From Gallionellaceae bacterium (lineage in GTDB: Bacteria; Pseudomonadota; Gammaproteobacteria; Burkholderiales; Gallionellaceae), in contig JBBIIN010000001.1 of assembly GCA_037446515.1 (NCBI GenBank), positions 45,556 to 109,555 on the forward strand: a stretch of 64,000 nucleotides of DNA. The letters are read 5' to 3'. A program made the translations under genes and the position numbers. Position 1 is the stretch's first letter. Every line of letters begins with the position of its first letter. Below the pieces are notes generated by a model. It saw only the letters and a program-made list of their open reading frames with translations. It was not told the DNA's origin and made no database searches. Of the stretch, positions 48,014-58,274 are shown in pieces.

Positions 48014-49534
48014 TCATCTGAAGTCGTAATGCAACGCGACCGACACGTCGGCGCGGCTGAAGCTGTATATGGGGATGTTGGAGCTGTTGCGGGACACGCT
48101 AATCTGGGGCTTGAACGTCCAAGCCTTGTCCACATGCCAGTTTGCGCCCACGCTGACATCCCACAACTGGTCGTTGCGCGTAATCAAGAACGCCAGGTTC
48201 TGCCTGTTGTATTTGCCGCGCTGCCAGCCTATGCCACCGAAACAGTCCCAAGCCTCATTCAAGGTCAACTGCCCGCCAGCGCGCAAGCCGAACAGGGCCT
48301 TGTTGCCATCCGGGCGACCGCCATTGGGATTCAGCGTAGTAACCGGCGCAACGGCAGATTCGCGTCCGCCAAAAAAACTGCCAAAGACTGACGATTTGCC
48401 TTCGGCAAGGACGTGCAGCCAGCTTTCACCAAACAGAAAGAGATTATGGTTCTGCGGCTCCATAGCGTTGGTGATGAAACGGTTCTGGGTAAATTGGCCA
48501 AATATGGCCAATTGATCCGCCGGCCCGGCGGGATGCCGCCATTCCAGCGACAACCCGCTGGTGTCGCGATTGACTTTGTAGCCCTGTCCGAGACGGTACT
48601 GGTCGCCGCTGATCCCCAGCCGCACCGTGTCGCCCTCTTGGTTGTAGAACACGCCGGCATGTGCGGCGAGGTCAACCGAGTTAAAGGTGTTCTGCTTGAC
48701 GTGGCCGCGCATGCGCGCATCTGCCCCGGCATAAATCCCCAGCGCCTCTCCCAGCAAATGGGTAACCTCGGCGCCTCCCGCAAAGCTGCCGTAACTGTCG
48801 GCAGTCTTGAGGCTGGTCGGATTCAGCGTGAACACCAGATTGCCGAATGCAGGGACGGGTATCTGCGCCTGGCTGGTCGCCCCGTTCACATTGCTGTCAT
48901 GCCCAAGCGCTTCTTCAAAATAAGCGGTGACCCGAGTCTTCCTGGCCTGTTCCTGCGCGCGGATGGCATTCAGGTATTTCTGGATGGTGGCGCGCGCCAT
49001 CTCCGGCGGATTCTGTCTCATCACCGTATTGAATTCGGTTTTGGCACGCTCCAGGTCGCCCAGCTGGTAATAGGCTCGCGCCATATCCAGACGCGCCCCC
49101 GCGAAATTGGGATCCACTGCCAGCACGCGCTCGAATGCCAAGGTCGCCTTGTCTGGCTTGCCGCTATCAAGGGCCGAGATACCGAGCAGATAGTCGAAAT
49201 GGACCTCCCCCGAGCGCTCGAACTCGTGGGGCAACAACAACTCATACGCTTCCCCTGGCCGGTTCGCACGCATCAGCGACTCGGCGTCGTTGAGCAGCTT
49301 TGCCTTGGCCTGCGCTTCTTTTTTCATCGCTTCGGCTTTGGCACGATCTTCCGCCTCCATTTCCGCCCTGATCCTTGCCGTTTCTGCGTCAACCGCAGAC
49401 GTGTCCGACGCTGATTGCGCAAGGCCGGATGAAGCAGCCGGAACGGGCATTGTTTCCTCGGGAAAAGCCATTCCTGAAAACAGCGACATGGCAAACCATA
49501 ACAACCCGCATCCAGACATCTGCATTTTTGACAT
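48014..49534 (-). CDS. TPR + outer-membrane beta-barrel protein, Slam/DUF560 (type XI secretion)-like
   Basis: Signal peptide; TPRs (A..AFERVLAVDPNFAGARLDMARAYYQLG); GHDSNVN barrel start; amphipathic strands; ends HYDFR. Confidence 0.78.
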   Translation of the reverse strand: MSKMQMSGCGLLWFAMSLFSGMAFPEETMPVPAASSGLAQSASDTSAVDAETARIRAEMEAEDRAKAEAMKKEAQAKAKLLNDAESLMRANRPGEAYELLLPHEFERSGEVHFDYLLGISALDSGKPDKATLAFERVLAVDPNFAGARLDMARAYYQLGDLERAKTEFNTVMRQNPPEMARATIQKYLNAIRAQEQARKTRVTAYFEEALGHDSNVNGATSQAQIPVPAFGNLVFTLNPTSLKTADSYGSFAGGAEVTHLLGEALGIYAGADARMRGHVKQNTFNSVDLAAHAGVFYNQEGDTVRLGISGDQYRLGQGYKVNRDTSGLSLEWRHPAGPADQLAIFGQFTQNRFITNAMEPQNHNLFLFGESWLHVLAEGKSSVFGSFFGGRESAVAPVTTLNPNGGRPDGNKALFGLRAGGQLTLNEAWDCFGGIGWQRGKYNRQNLAFLITRNDQLWDVSVGANWHVDKAWTFKPQISVSRNSSNIPIYSFSRADVSVALHYDFR

Positions 49535-49684
49535 AGCACCGCGCCCCTATAACACCATGCTCGACTTATTAACCACCACGCAAAAAATGCTAGGCTTCTC
49601 CACTGCCCCAGTCAAATAATCCCGACGAAATTGATGCAGAATTGGCTCTGCGCATCTGACATCAATTTGCCGGCAGCACAAACA

Positions 49685-49710
49685 ACAAGCCCCGCTCTCG
49701 CGGGGCTTGT
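49685..49710 (-). terminator. panD terminator hairpin
   Basis: ACAAGCCCCGC-TCTC-GCGGGGCTTGT, with TGTTTG downstream on the minus strand. Confidence 0.75.
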
Positions 49711-49728
49711 GCATTGGAGTTTTGCCAT

Positions 49729-50112
49729 TCAGGCTGCGGCCTGCACGGGTATCTTGTCGCGCTTCTCGATGATGCGGTTATGCTCGTCCACATAGACCAG
49801 GGTGGGATGGTATTTCTGCATCTCCATCTCGGAATAGATGGCATAGGCCGCGATGATGAGGATGTCGCCGGGGTTCGCCTTGTGCGCCGCCGCGCCATTC
49901 ACCGAGATGGTGCGCGAGCCGCGTTCGGCACGGATGGCATAAGTGGTAAAACGCTCGCCGTTGCTCACGTTGTAGATGTCGATCTGCTGGTATTCCTTGA
50001 TGCCGGACGCATCCAGCAGATCATCGTCGATGGCGCACGAACCCTCGTAATGCAGTTCGGACCGCGTTACGCGCACGCGGTGCAATTTCGCTTGTAGCAT
50101 GGTTCGCTGCAT
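49729..50112 (-). CDS. panD: Aspartate 1-decarboxylase
   Basis: KLHR, YEGS cleavage site, [13 protein letters not shown]. Confidence 0.97.
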   Translation of the reverse strand: MQRTMLQAKLHRVRVTRSELHYEGSCAIDDDLLDASGIKEYQQIDIYNVSNGERFTTYAIRAERGSRTISVNGAAAHKANPGDILIIAAYAIYSEMEMQKYHPTLVYVDEHNRIIEKRDKIPVQAAA

Positions 50113-50165
50113 GGTCACCTCCAGCCCTTGAACGACAAGGGGCGCGCATTATAGACGTTTGGGCA

Positions 50166-50993
50166 CTAAAGACAAAATTCCAGATTGTCTATCAACCGCG
50201 TTGCCCCCAGCCGCGCTGCCGCCAATACCGCCAGCCTGCGTTCGCCAGCACCCGGAACAACCAACCCGGCCTGCGCGCGGATGGATACATATTCCACTTG
50301 CCAGCCGCGCCTGGCAAGCGCTTCCTTGGCCTTGGCCTCCAGCCCGGCGAGGTCTTGTTCCCCCGCCTGTAACGCCTGCCCTGTGGCCGCCAGCGTTTGA
50401 TACAAGAATGCCGCTTCGGTTCGCTGCGCCGCATTCAAATACTGGTTGCGCGAGGACAGCGCCAAGCCGTCCGCCGCCCGCACCGTCTCGCCACCGATGA
50501 TGCGGATGGGCAGGTTAAACTGCGTCACCATCTGGCGAATGATGGCCAGTTGCTGGTAATCCTTCTTGCCGAACAGCGCCACTTGCGGCTGCACCAGGTT
50601 GAACAGCTTCAGCACCACCGTCGCCATGCCGCGGAAATGGCCGGGACGAAACGCGCCGCACAGCTCATTGGCGATGGGCGGCGGCTCGACGAACAACGTC
50701 TGCTGCTCGGGATACATCTCGGCTACCGAGGGCGCGAACACCACATCCGCCAAGCCTTGCAACTTCTCGCAGTCCGCCTGCAAGGTGCGCGGATACTTGT
50801 CGAAATCCTCGGACGGCCCGAACTGCAAGGGATTCACGAAGATGCTCACCACCACGCATGAGCCCTGCCCGCGCGCCTGCCGCACCAAGGCCACATGCCC
50901 CTCGTGCAGATTGCCCATGGTGGGGACGAAGGCGATGGCCTTTTCCTGTGCCAGACAAGCTCGCAGTTCGGGGACGGAGTGGATTATTTGCAT
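50166..50993 (-). CDS. panC: Pantoate-beta-alanine ligase
   Basis: [41 protein letters not shown]. Confidence 0.97.
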   Translation of the reverse strand: MQIIHSVPELRACLAQEKAIAFVPTMGNLHEGHVALVRQARGQGSCVVVSIFVNPLQFGPSEDFDKYPRTLQADCEKLQGLADVVFAPSVAEMYPEQQTLFVEPPPIANELCGAFRPGHFRGMATVVLKLFNLVQPQVALFGKKDYQQLAIIRQMVTQFNLPIRIIGGETVRAADGLALSSRNQYLNAAQRTEAAFLYQTLAATGQALQAGEQDLAGLEAKAKEALARRGWQVEYVSIRAQAGLVVPGAGERRLAVLAAARLGATRLIDNLEFCL

Positions 50994-51037
50994 GGTTTAA
51001 TCATTGCAGGTGAGCAATCAAGAACGCCCTCATCGGA

Positions 51038-51763
51038 CTAATTCAGGTTGTGAAATTCACGCTTCGATGCGATGCCGAACAATCCCTTAATGCGTCTCTT
51101 GCCCATATAGGAAAGAGCTCTGGTCACCAAGCGCACGCGGCGCATGAGATTGGGCAACGGCGGTGGCGCAGCGAATGGACTGGGCAAATAGTAAGCCGCA
51201 TTGACAGCGCCGATGCCCTCGCATTGCTCCGTAATGAGGGTACCGCCAGGAGGTGCGCCGCCCAGGGCCTGCTCAAAGGCTTCGGTCAGCAATACATATT
51301 CGTGCAGCGGCACACTATTCTTCAGCAGGCGATGGGCAATGATCACCGACGTACCAGAAATCTCTTCGAACTGCCGCACCTGCCTCACCACCACGCCGCC
51401 AAAATTCAAGACTGCCTTGATATTCAAATGCACGGCCTCGGTGCAAGCGCCACAATTACACAAGGCATCCACTCCGATTTCTTTTTTGCGCGCGCTGAAG
51501 GCATGGAAGAACCCGTTCACCTGGCGCAAGGCACTCTCGGCCACGGCTTGCGGGTTTGCATCAGTCAATGCATAGAATAATGCGGCATCTCCCTCCAGTT
51601 TATTCAGGGTAAGGGGATGCTCGGTGTGTTCGATGATACTGTCCAGCAACTCGGTAATAATGCTCTCCGCATGCACGAGTGCCTTGCCATGCAATTTCAT
51701 GAAGCGCGTATAGCCGCTGATGTCAGCCAGTACGATGACCGCATTTTGCATCTGTATTGTCAT
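51038..51763 (-). CDS. DUF2652 / class III nucleotidyl-cyclase-like protein
   Basis: LADISGYTRF, KLEGDAALFY, C.CGAC, G.SVIIAHRLLKN; SD GGAGAGG. Confidence 0.7.
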   Translation of the reverse strand: MTIQMQNAVIVLADISGYTRFMKLHGKALVHAESIITELLDSIIEHTEHPLTLNKLEGDAALFYALTDANPQAVAESALRQVNGFFHAFSARKKEIGVDALCNCGACTEAVHLNIKAVLNFGGVVVRQVRQFEEISGTSVIIAHRLLKNSVPLHEYVLLTEAFEQALGGAPPGGTLITEQCEGIGAVNAAYYLPSPFAAPPPLPNLMRRVRLVTRALSYMGKRRIKGLFGIASKREFHNLN

Positions 51764-51974
51764 ACCCTCTCCCCGACGTCCTGCACGAACAAATGGCCAA
51801 TCCAGAATCATAATAAAGTACGGGGCGCAAATTCGTTCGCAGCATCATGCTTTTCTTGTAAGCAACCGCGCCACCCTACCCGCCCATCCCGGCACGGTCA
51901 ATATGCCGTTGGCCTATGTCCCCCGCTGCACGGCAAGCCATCCTCGCCACTTTCTTGTTAAGATGCGCGGCACT

Positions 51975-53201
51975 ATGGAACAAGCCCAGACAAAGCACAT
52001 CGTGCTCGGCGTCACCGGCGGCATCGCGGCCTACAAGGCGGCGGAGCTGGCGCGCCTGCTGGTGCAGCAAGGCATCACGGTGCGTGTGGCGATGACACAG
52101 GCGGCGACGCATTTCATCACGCCCGCCACGATGCAGGCACTCACCGGCCAGCCGGTGCTGCTCGACCAGTGGCAGGACGACAAAGGCATGGCGCACATCC
52201 ATTCCAGCCGTATCGCGGATGCTATCGTGATCGCGCCAGCCACGGCGGATTTCATCGCCAAGCTGGCGCTGGGCATTGCGGATGATCTGCTTTCCACCTT
52301 ATGTCTGGCACGCGATTGCCCCTTGCTAGTGGCGCCCGCGATGAACAAACAGATGTGGGCGAATGCGGCCACGCAACGCAATGTGCAGCAGCTCGCCGCC
52401 GATGGTGTGACGCTGCTGGGCCCGGCCAGCGGCGTGCAGGCCTGCGGCGAGGAAGGCATGGGGCGCATGTTGGAGGCGGAAGAGTTGGCGCGGGAGATTC
52501 TGGCAACTCTGAACGGGAATTCCCTCACCCCAACCCTCTCCCGAGGGGAGAGAGAGTTAAGTGGTGTGCGTGTGCTGATCACCGCCGGGCCAACCTACGA
52601 ACCTATTGATGCAGTGCGCGGCATCACCAACCGCAGCAGCGGCAAGATGGGTTATGCCATCGCGCAAGCCGCGCTGGCAATGGGTGCACAGGTCACACTG
52701 GTGTCCGGGCCAGTGTCGTTGACGCCGCCAGCAGGTGCGAATCTCGTCAAGGTGAACACTGCGACCGAGATGTTCGAGGCGGTGAAACAGCATGTGGTGC
52801 AAACAGATATGTTCATCGGCGTAGCAGCCGTGGCCGATTACCGCGTGGCGCAGCCAAGCGCACAGAAGATCAAGAAGAGCGAGGTCGCGCTGACGCTGGA
52901 GCTGATCCCCAATCCGGACATTCTGGCTTATGTCGCCGGCCTGCCCGATGCGCCTTTCTGCGTGGGCTTCGCGGCGGAGAGCGAGAAGCTGCGCAAACAC
53001 GCGATCGAGAAGCGCAAGAAGAAACGCCTCCCGCTGCTTGCCGCCAACCTGGTACAGAACGCCATCGGCAGCGACGACAATGCGCTGGTGCTGTTCGATG
53101 AGGCCGGAGAGCATGCCTTGCCGCACGCCGACAAGCCCGCTGTGGCACGACTACTGTTGCGGCACGCCGCCGCGCTCTACGCAAAGAGGAAAGCGAAATG
53201 A
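51975..53201 (+). CDS. coaBC: Bifunctional phosphopantothenoylcysteine decarboxylase/synthetase
   Basis: [52 protein letters not shown]. Confidence 0.96.
   Translation: MEQAQTKHIVLGVTGGIAAYKAAELARLLVQQGITVRVAMTQAATHFITPATMQALTGQPVLLDQWQDDKGMAHIHSSRIADAIVIAPATADFIAKLALGIADDLLSTLCLARDCPLLVAPAMNKQMWANAATQRNVQQLAADGVTLLGPASGVQACGEEGMGRMLEAEELAREILATLNGNSLTPTLSRGERELSGVRVLITAGPTYEPIDAVRGITNRSSGKMGYAIAQAALAMGAQVTLVSGPVSLTPPAGANLVKVNTATEMFEAVKQHVVQTDMFIGVAAVADYRVAQPSAQKIKKSEVALTLELIPNPDILAYVAGLPDAPFCVGFAAESEKLRKHAIEKRKKKRLPLLAANLVQNAIGSDDNALVLFDEAGEHALPHADKPAVARLLLRHAAALYAKRKAK
52521..52555. repeat. REP-like palindromic repeat, copy 2, in frame within coaBC
   Basis: TCCCTCACCCCAACCCTCTCCCGAGGGGAGAGAGA, read as [12 protein letters not shown]. 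Confidence 0.8.
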
Positions 53202-53647
53202 AGAAAGTGGATGTGAAGGTACTCGACCCGCGCTTGCACGACCATCCGCCCGGCTATGCCACGCCCGGCTCGGCGGGCATCGACCTGCGCGCCTGCATAG
53301 ACAGTGCGATCACCATCCAGCCGGGGCAATGCGAGCTGATCCCCAGTGGCATCGCGCTGCACCTGGACGACCCTCGTTATGCGGCACTGATCCTGCCGCG
53401 CTCAGGCCTCGGCCACAAGCACGGCATCGTGTTGGGCAACCTGGTGGGTCTGATCGATTCGGATTACCAGGGGCAGATATTCATCTCGGTGTGGAACCGC
53501 GGCCATCACCCCTTCGCGCTGATGCCGATGGAGCGCATCGCGCAACTGGTGGTGGTGCCGGTGGCGCAGGTGCAGTTCAACATCGTGGAAGAGTTCCCCA
53601 TGAGCCAGCGCGGCGCGGGCGGCTTCGGCAGCACAGGAAAACATTGA
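53198..53647 (+). CDS. dut: dUTP diphosphatase
   Basis: [35 protein letters not shown]. Confidence 0.97.
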   Translation: MKKVDVKVLDPRLHDHPPGYATPGSAGIDLRACIDSAITIQPGQCELIPSGIALHLDDPRYAALILPRSGLGHKHGIVLGNLVGLIDSDYQGQIFISVWNRGHHPFALMPMERIAQLVVVPVAQVQFNIVEEFPMSQRGAGGFGSTGKH

Positions 53648-53665
53648 AGGCTGAAGGTTCCCGAT

Positions 53666-53696
53666 AAAAAAGGCCCGCATCATGCGGGCCTTTTTT
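53666..53696. terminator. Bidirectional intrinsic terminator
   Basis: AAAAAAGGCCCGCA-TCA-TGCGGGCCTTTTTT. Confidence 0.9.
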
Positions 53697-53716
53697 ATGC
53701 TTAAGACAGCAACGGG

Positions 53717-54670
53717 TCAGCGTTGCAGCTTCATCTCCAGTTCGGTGTTCTCGCCTTTGCGAACCGAGACTTTCTCCGATGCCGGCTTATGGCCGTCCAG
53801 CCTGACGCTGACCTCATGCACACCCGCAACGGCCTCGGCGCGCAACGGGGTCAGCCCGAAATAGATGCCATCCACATAGACCTTGGCGCGGGAGGGCGCT
53901 GAAACCACCACCAGCGTGCCGCCAGCGGTTTCCGCCGCCGGGGCTGCCACAACCGAAGACGCTGCCGCGACCTCATTGCTGAGGATGGAAACCCCCTGCA
54001 CCGGCTTGATGCCGACCACCATGTGGAACAGTTCTGGACGGGTGGCCATCAGCACGGACAGGATGGAATCCGCCGTCTTGCCCATCACGATGCCCAGTTC
54101 TTTCTTCAGGTATTCCGCCACATCCTTCTTGTTGTTGCCGGAGACCCCGGCAAAGCGATCGCCTTTTTCCACGACCACGCCAGACCAGATCACCTTGCCG
54201 CTGGCCGTCTCGGTGAGCGTGGACTCGATGGCGATGCTGACATAGTCGCGCTCCTTCACGTTGATGGTCAGGTCTTTCACCGTACCGCTCAACTGGAATT
54301 GGGCGGGCGTTTCACCTTCTGTCAGCACCTGCATGCCGGCCTTGGTGAAATGCCTCCTGGCCGCAGCGGCAACCACCTCGGCAACGTCGCGATCCAACAT
54401 GATGTCCCGGCCTGCCATTCCCAAGATGCGGCTGGTGGCGACACCGGCACGGCGCGGGCTGTCCAGGTTGCGCGCATCGGCATAGGTGCCGACGCGCAAG
54501 GTGAGCGGATATTCCCCACGCTTGGCCAAGGCAGCGTTGCCATCTTCGCGCACATGGATCTCGTTGCCGGAATCGGCCATGTCGCCCGGCAACATGGCAC
54601 AGCCCGTAAGAATGAGCAGCAACGCCCCCGCAGTGGCGCGCAAATAGCCTGGCATGCGGGACAAAAGCAT
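53717..54670 (-). CDS. Lipoprotein with YajG-like N-domain and C-terminal PEGA domain
   Basis: Lipobox LTGC; PEGA pattern S.PSRAKVYVDG..FG.TP...G.H.V.V...G.K. Start may be 54655. Confidence 0.7.
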   Translation of the reverse strand: MLLSRMPGYLRATAGALLLILTGCAMLPGDMADSGNEIHVREDGNAALAKRGEYPLTLRVGTYADARNLDSPRRAGVATSRILGMAGRDIMLDRDVAEVVAAAARRHFTKAGMQVLTEGETPAQFQLSGTVKDLTINVKERDYVSIAIESTLTETASGKVIWSGVVVEKGDRFAGVSGNNKKDVAEYLKKELGIVMGKTADSILSVLMATRPELFHMVVGIKPVQGVSILSNEVAAASSVVAAPAAETAGGTLVVVSAPSRAKVYVDGIYFGLTPLRAEAVAGVHEVSVRLDGHKPASEKVSVRKGENTELEMKLQR

Positions 54671-54674
54671 AATA

Positions 54675-55271
54675 TCAGCCTCGCGCGATGACGGCTTCGA
54701 TCTCGGCGAAGGTGCGGGCCAGCTCGAAACTCTGCACTTGTGCGCCCAGCTGACGCGCGATCTGCGTGATGGAGAACAGGCCGCAGATGGCCTGCTGCCC
54801 GTCAGCTGCGGTGGACACCACCAGCGTGTGCTGGCGATGTGCCTTTTTCAGGCTGGCGACGATGTCGCCGACCTTGGCATTCTGCACGTCCTTGATGTTC
54901 AATACTTCCATCTCGCGCTGCGTGGTCATCACGTCGCGCACCATGATGTCAGCATGCGTGCCACCCATATTCTGCAGGAAGCGCATCGGCTTCTCGCCCA
55001 GGATGTCGGACGCGGTGATCAGCCCCGCCACCTGCTCGTTGTCATCCAGCACCAGCAGCATGCGCACGCCATACTTGATCATCTTGGCGTTGGCCTTGTC
55101 CATCGGCGTCTTGGCGCGCACACTGATCACCGAGACCTTGGTCAGGTCGGTCATCACGTCGGTGGCCGGGTTGCCGAGCTTGACCCGCTCCGGCAATACA
55201 TGCACCGGGCGCAAGAAGGAAGAACCCGTTTTCAGCGGGACGGAAGGCAGTGCAGTGTAGTTGGTCGTCAT
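54675..55271 (-). CDS. CBS-domain protein
   Basis: ATDVMTD, VAGLITASDI, VRDVMT; SD GGAG. Confidence 0.8.
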   Translation of the reverse strand: MTTNYTALPSVPLKTGSSFLRPVHVLPERVKLGNPATDVMTDLTKVSVISVRAKTPMDKANAKMIKYGVRMLLVLDDNEQVAGLITASDILGEKPMRFLQNMGGTHADIMVRDVMTTQREMEVLNIKDVQNAKVGDIVASLKKAHRQHTLVVSTAADGQQAICGLFSITQIARQLGAQVQSFELARTFAEIEAVIARG

Positions 55272-55305
55272 GTTTTCTCCTGATTGGTACATCTTGTGTT
55301 TGTTT

Positions 55306-55821
55306 TCAGCATTGCCGGCGCAGCGGCAACGCATGGGTACTCTGCCGTTCCACCGGCAGATACCGCACCAGTTCGTTCAGCGCCATGCGGTACACCTCGC
55401 GCTTGAACTCGATCACGCTTTCCATCTCGACCCAATAGTCGCTCCAACGCCAGGCATCGAATTCCGGGTGCTCGGTCGCCCGCAGTGACACGTCGCAGTC
55501 GCGCCCCGTCAGGCGCAACAGGAACCATATCTGCTTTTGCCCCTTGTAATGCGAGCGCGATTCCCTCTTTCCCCAGCTCTGCGGCACGTCGTAGCGCATC
55601 CAGTCGCGTGTGCGGCCCAGGATGCGGACATGGCACGAATGCAGGCCGACCTCCTCGTGCAGCTCGCGGTACATCGCCTGCTCCGGCGTTTCGCCATGTT
55701 GGATGCCGCCCTGCGGAAACTGCCACGCATCCTGCTTGATGCGCTTGCCCCAAAACACCTGATTCTTTGCGTTGGCCAGAATGATGCCGACATTCGGGCG
55801 ATAACCTTCGCGGTCTATCAT
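55306..55821 (-). CDS. rppH: RNA pyrophosphohydrolase
   Basis: [43 protein letters not shown]. Confidence 0.96.
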   Translation of the reverse strand: MIDREGYRPNVGIILANAKNQVFWGKRIKQDAWQFPQGGIQHGETPEQAMYRELHEEVGLHSCHVRILGRTRDWMRYDVPQSWGKRESRSHYKGQKQIWFLLRLTGRDCDVSLRATEHPEFDAWRWSDYWVEMESVIEFKREVYRMALNELVRYLPVERQSTHALPLRRQC

Positions 55822-55944
55822 GATTCGCCCCACCCTGTTTTTCAATGGAGCGGATTGTTCCATATTTCCCCCCGGCTGGAAAGACGCCAAGCGCGTCATG
55901 CAGTAGAATCGCGCCCTCCCAACCAGCCCGACGAGTACCGGAAC

Positions 55945-57645
55945 ATGCGCGTTTCACAATTTTTCATTTCCACCCTCAAAGAAGCCCCGTCCGAGGCCGA
56001 ACTGCCCAGCCATCGCCTGATGCTGCGCGCCGGTTACATCAAGAAATTGGCCAGCGGCCTCTATACCTGGATGCCGCTGGGCTTGCGCGTGTTGCGCAAG
56101 GTCGAGCGTGTTGTGCGTGAAGAGATGGACCGCAGCGGAGCGATCGAACTGCTGATGCCCGCGGTGCAACCGGCTGAACTGTGGCAAGAGACGGGACGCT
56201 GGGAAGTGTTCGGCCCGCAGATGCTGAAGATCAAGGATAGACACGACAACCAGTTCTGCTTCGGCCCCACGCACGAGGAAGTCATCACCGACATCGCGCG
56301 CCGCGAGATCAGGAGCTATCGCCAGTTGCCGGTGAATTTTTATCAAATACAAACCAAATTCCGTGACGAGGTGCGCCCGCGCTTCGGCGTGATGCGCGCA
56401 CGCGAGTTCGTGATGAAGGATGCCTATTCCTTCCATGCCAACTTTGACAGCCTGGAGCAGACCTACCGCGTGATGTACGACACCTACAGTCGCATCTTCA
56501 CGCGTCTGGGCTTACAGTTCCGCGCCGTCGCTGCCGACACCGGCGCCATCGGCGGTTCCGGCTCGCATGAGTTCCATGTGCTGGCCGATTCCGGCGAGGA
56601 CGCGCTGGCGTTCTGCCCGGATTCCGATTACGCCGCCAACGTGGAGTTGGCGGAAGCCGTCGCACCTGCGTCCCAACGCGCAGCGGCCACTCAAGAAATG
56701 CAGAAGGTCGTCACGCCTGGACAGAAGACCATCGAGGAGGTCGCTGCTTTCTTCGGTGTCTCCGCTCAAAAAGTGCTGAAGGCCATCGCCGTGATGACGC
56801 ATGACAACGAATTCGTGTTGCTGCTGTTGCGCGGCGACCATCAACTCAACGAGATTAAGGCCGGCAAGGTGCTGGGCGAGTTCCGCTTCGCCACTGATGA
56901 CGAAATCAGGCAGCACGTCGGATGCCGCGCCGGCTACATCGGCCCGGTGAACGCCAGAGTACGCATGCTGTTCGACCGCGCAACCGCCACCATGAGCGAT
57001 TTTATCTGCGGCGCGAACGATGACGGCTTCCACCACAGTGGCGTGAACTTCGGCCGCGACGTGCATCTGGACGAATCCAGCGTGCATGACCTGCGCAACG
57101 TGGTCGCCGACGACGCTTCGCCGGATGGCAAAGGCACGCTGGAAATCTGCCGTGGCATCGAAGTGGGTCACATCTTCCAGTTGCGCACCAAGTATTCAGA
57201 AGCGCTGAACGCCACCTATCTCGACGAGGGCGGCAAAGCGCAAGTGATGGAGATGGGGTGTTACGGCATCGGCGTGTCGCGCATCGTGGCCGCTGCCATC
57301 GAGCAGAACTTTGACGAGCGCGGCATCACCCTCCCGGCAGCCATGGCACCATTCCAAGTCGCCATCGCCCCTATCGGCTACAAGAAAAGCGCTGCAGTGC
57401 GCGAGGCGGCGGAGAAGCTATATGCGGAACTTTCGGCGGCGGGTATCGAGGTGCTGCTGGACGACCGCGACGAGCGCCCCGGCGTGATGTTCGCCGATCT
57501 TGAACTGATCGGCATCCCGCACCGCATCACCATCGGCGAACGCAGCCTGAAGGAAGGCCAGGTGGAATATCAGGGGCGCCGCGATGCAGCCGCGCAACCG
57601 CTTCCCTTGCACGATATAGCCAAGTTCGTAAAATCGAGCCTATGA
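55945..57645 (+). CDS. proS: Prolyl-tRNA synthetase
   Basis: [40 protein letters not shown]. Confidence 0.97.
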   Translation: MRVSQFFISTLKEAPSEAELPSHRLMLRAGYIKKLASGLYTWMPLGLRVLRKVERVVREEMDRSGAIELLMPAVQPAELWQETGRWEVFGPQMLKIKDRHDNQFCFGPTHEEVITDIARREIRSYRQLPVNFYQIQTKFRDEVRPRFGVMRAREFVMKDAYSFHANFDSLEQTYRVMYDTYSRIFTRLGLQFRAVAADTGAIGGSGSHEFHVLADSGEDALAFCPDSDYAANVELAEAVAPASQRAAATQEMQKVVTPGQKTIEEVAAFFGVSAQKVLKAIAVMTHDNEFVLLLLRGDHQLNEIKAGKVLGEFRFATDDEIRQHVGCRAGYIGPVNARVRMLFDRATATMSDFICGANDDGFHHSGVNFGRDVHLDESSVHDLRNVVADDASPDGKGTLEICRGIEVGHIFQLRTKYSEALNATYLDEGGKAQVMEMGCYGIGVSRIVAAAIEQNFDERGITLPAAMAPFQVAIAPIGYKKSAAVREAAEKLYAELSAAGIEVLLDDRDERPGVMFADLELIGIPHRITIGERSLKEGQVEYQGRRDAAAQPLPLHDIAKFVKSSL

Positions 57646-58274
57646 AGCCTTCTATTTCTCTCGTCCGGCATCTGTTCGCGCTGCCCCTGATCGCAGCAAC
57701 CTTGTCCTGCGCGTTGCCCGCCCAGGCGGGCGCGCAGCGCGAAGAGCGGCTATCGGCCAGTGTGCGCGCCATGATGCAACGCAGCGTGTCCGACCAGGCG
57801 GCGCCCAAGCTGGCCTTCGCCACACAGCAGGAAGCGCAGGTCTGGCTGGACGAGATGTCGAAACGGCTGGCCAGCCGCATACCCGATGCAGAATACCGCT
57901 TCGATTTCCTCAGCACGGTGCATTACGAAGCCACGCGCGCCGGCCTCGATCCGCAACTGGTGCTGGGCTTGATTGAAGTGGAAAGCGGGTTCAGAAAATA
58001 TGCAATCTCGAAATCCGGCGCGCGCGGCTATATGCAGGTCATGCCGTTCTGGCCGCGCAACATCGGCGCACCCGACCACAATCTGTTCCATCTGCGCACC
58101 AACCTGCGTTACGGCTGCACCATCCTGCGCCACTATCTGGACCGGGAGAACGGCGACCTGTACCGTGCTCTGGGCCGTTACAACGGCAGCCTGGGCAAAC
58201 CCGAATATCCCAACCTGGTGAAAGCCGCCTGGCACAAGCACTGGGAGAGGAATCACCTGGTGCAGAATGGCTAA
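57642..58274 (+). CDS. SLT-domain lytic transglycosylase
   Basis: Signal peptide, LIEVES (catalytic Glu), [15 protein letters not shown]. Confidence 0.9.
   Translation: MKPSISLVRHLFALPLIAATLSCALPAQAGAQREERLSASVRAMMQRSVSDQAAPKLAFATQQEAQVWLDEMSKRLASRIPDAEYRFDFLSTVHYEATRAGLDPQLVLGLIEVESGFRKYAISKSGARGYMQVMPFWPRNIGAPDHNLFHLRTNLRYGCTILRHYLDRENGDLYRALGRYNGSLGKPEYPNLVKAAWHKHWERNHLVQNG

Noticed and set aside
55537-55944. N-terminal extension of proS in the ORF track
   Set aside because: It is antisense to rppH; the conserved MRVSQ start is at 55945, just after a -10 motif.
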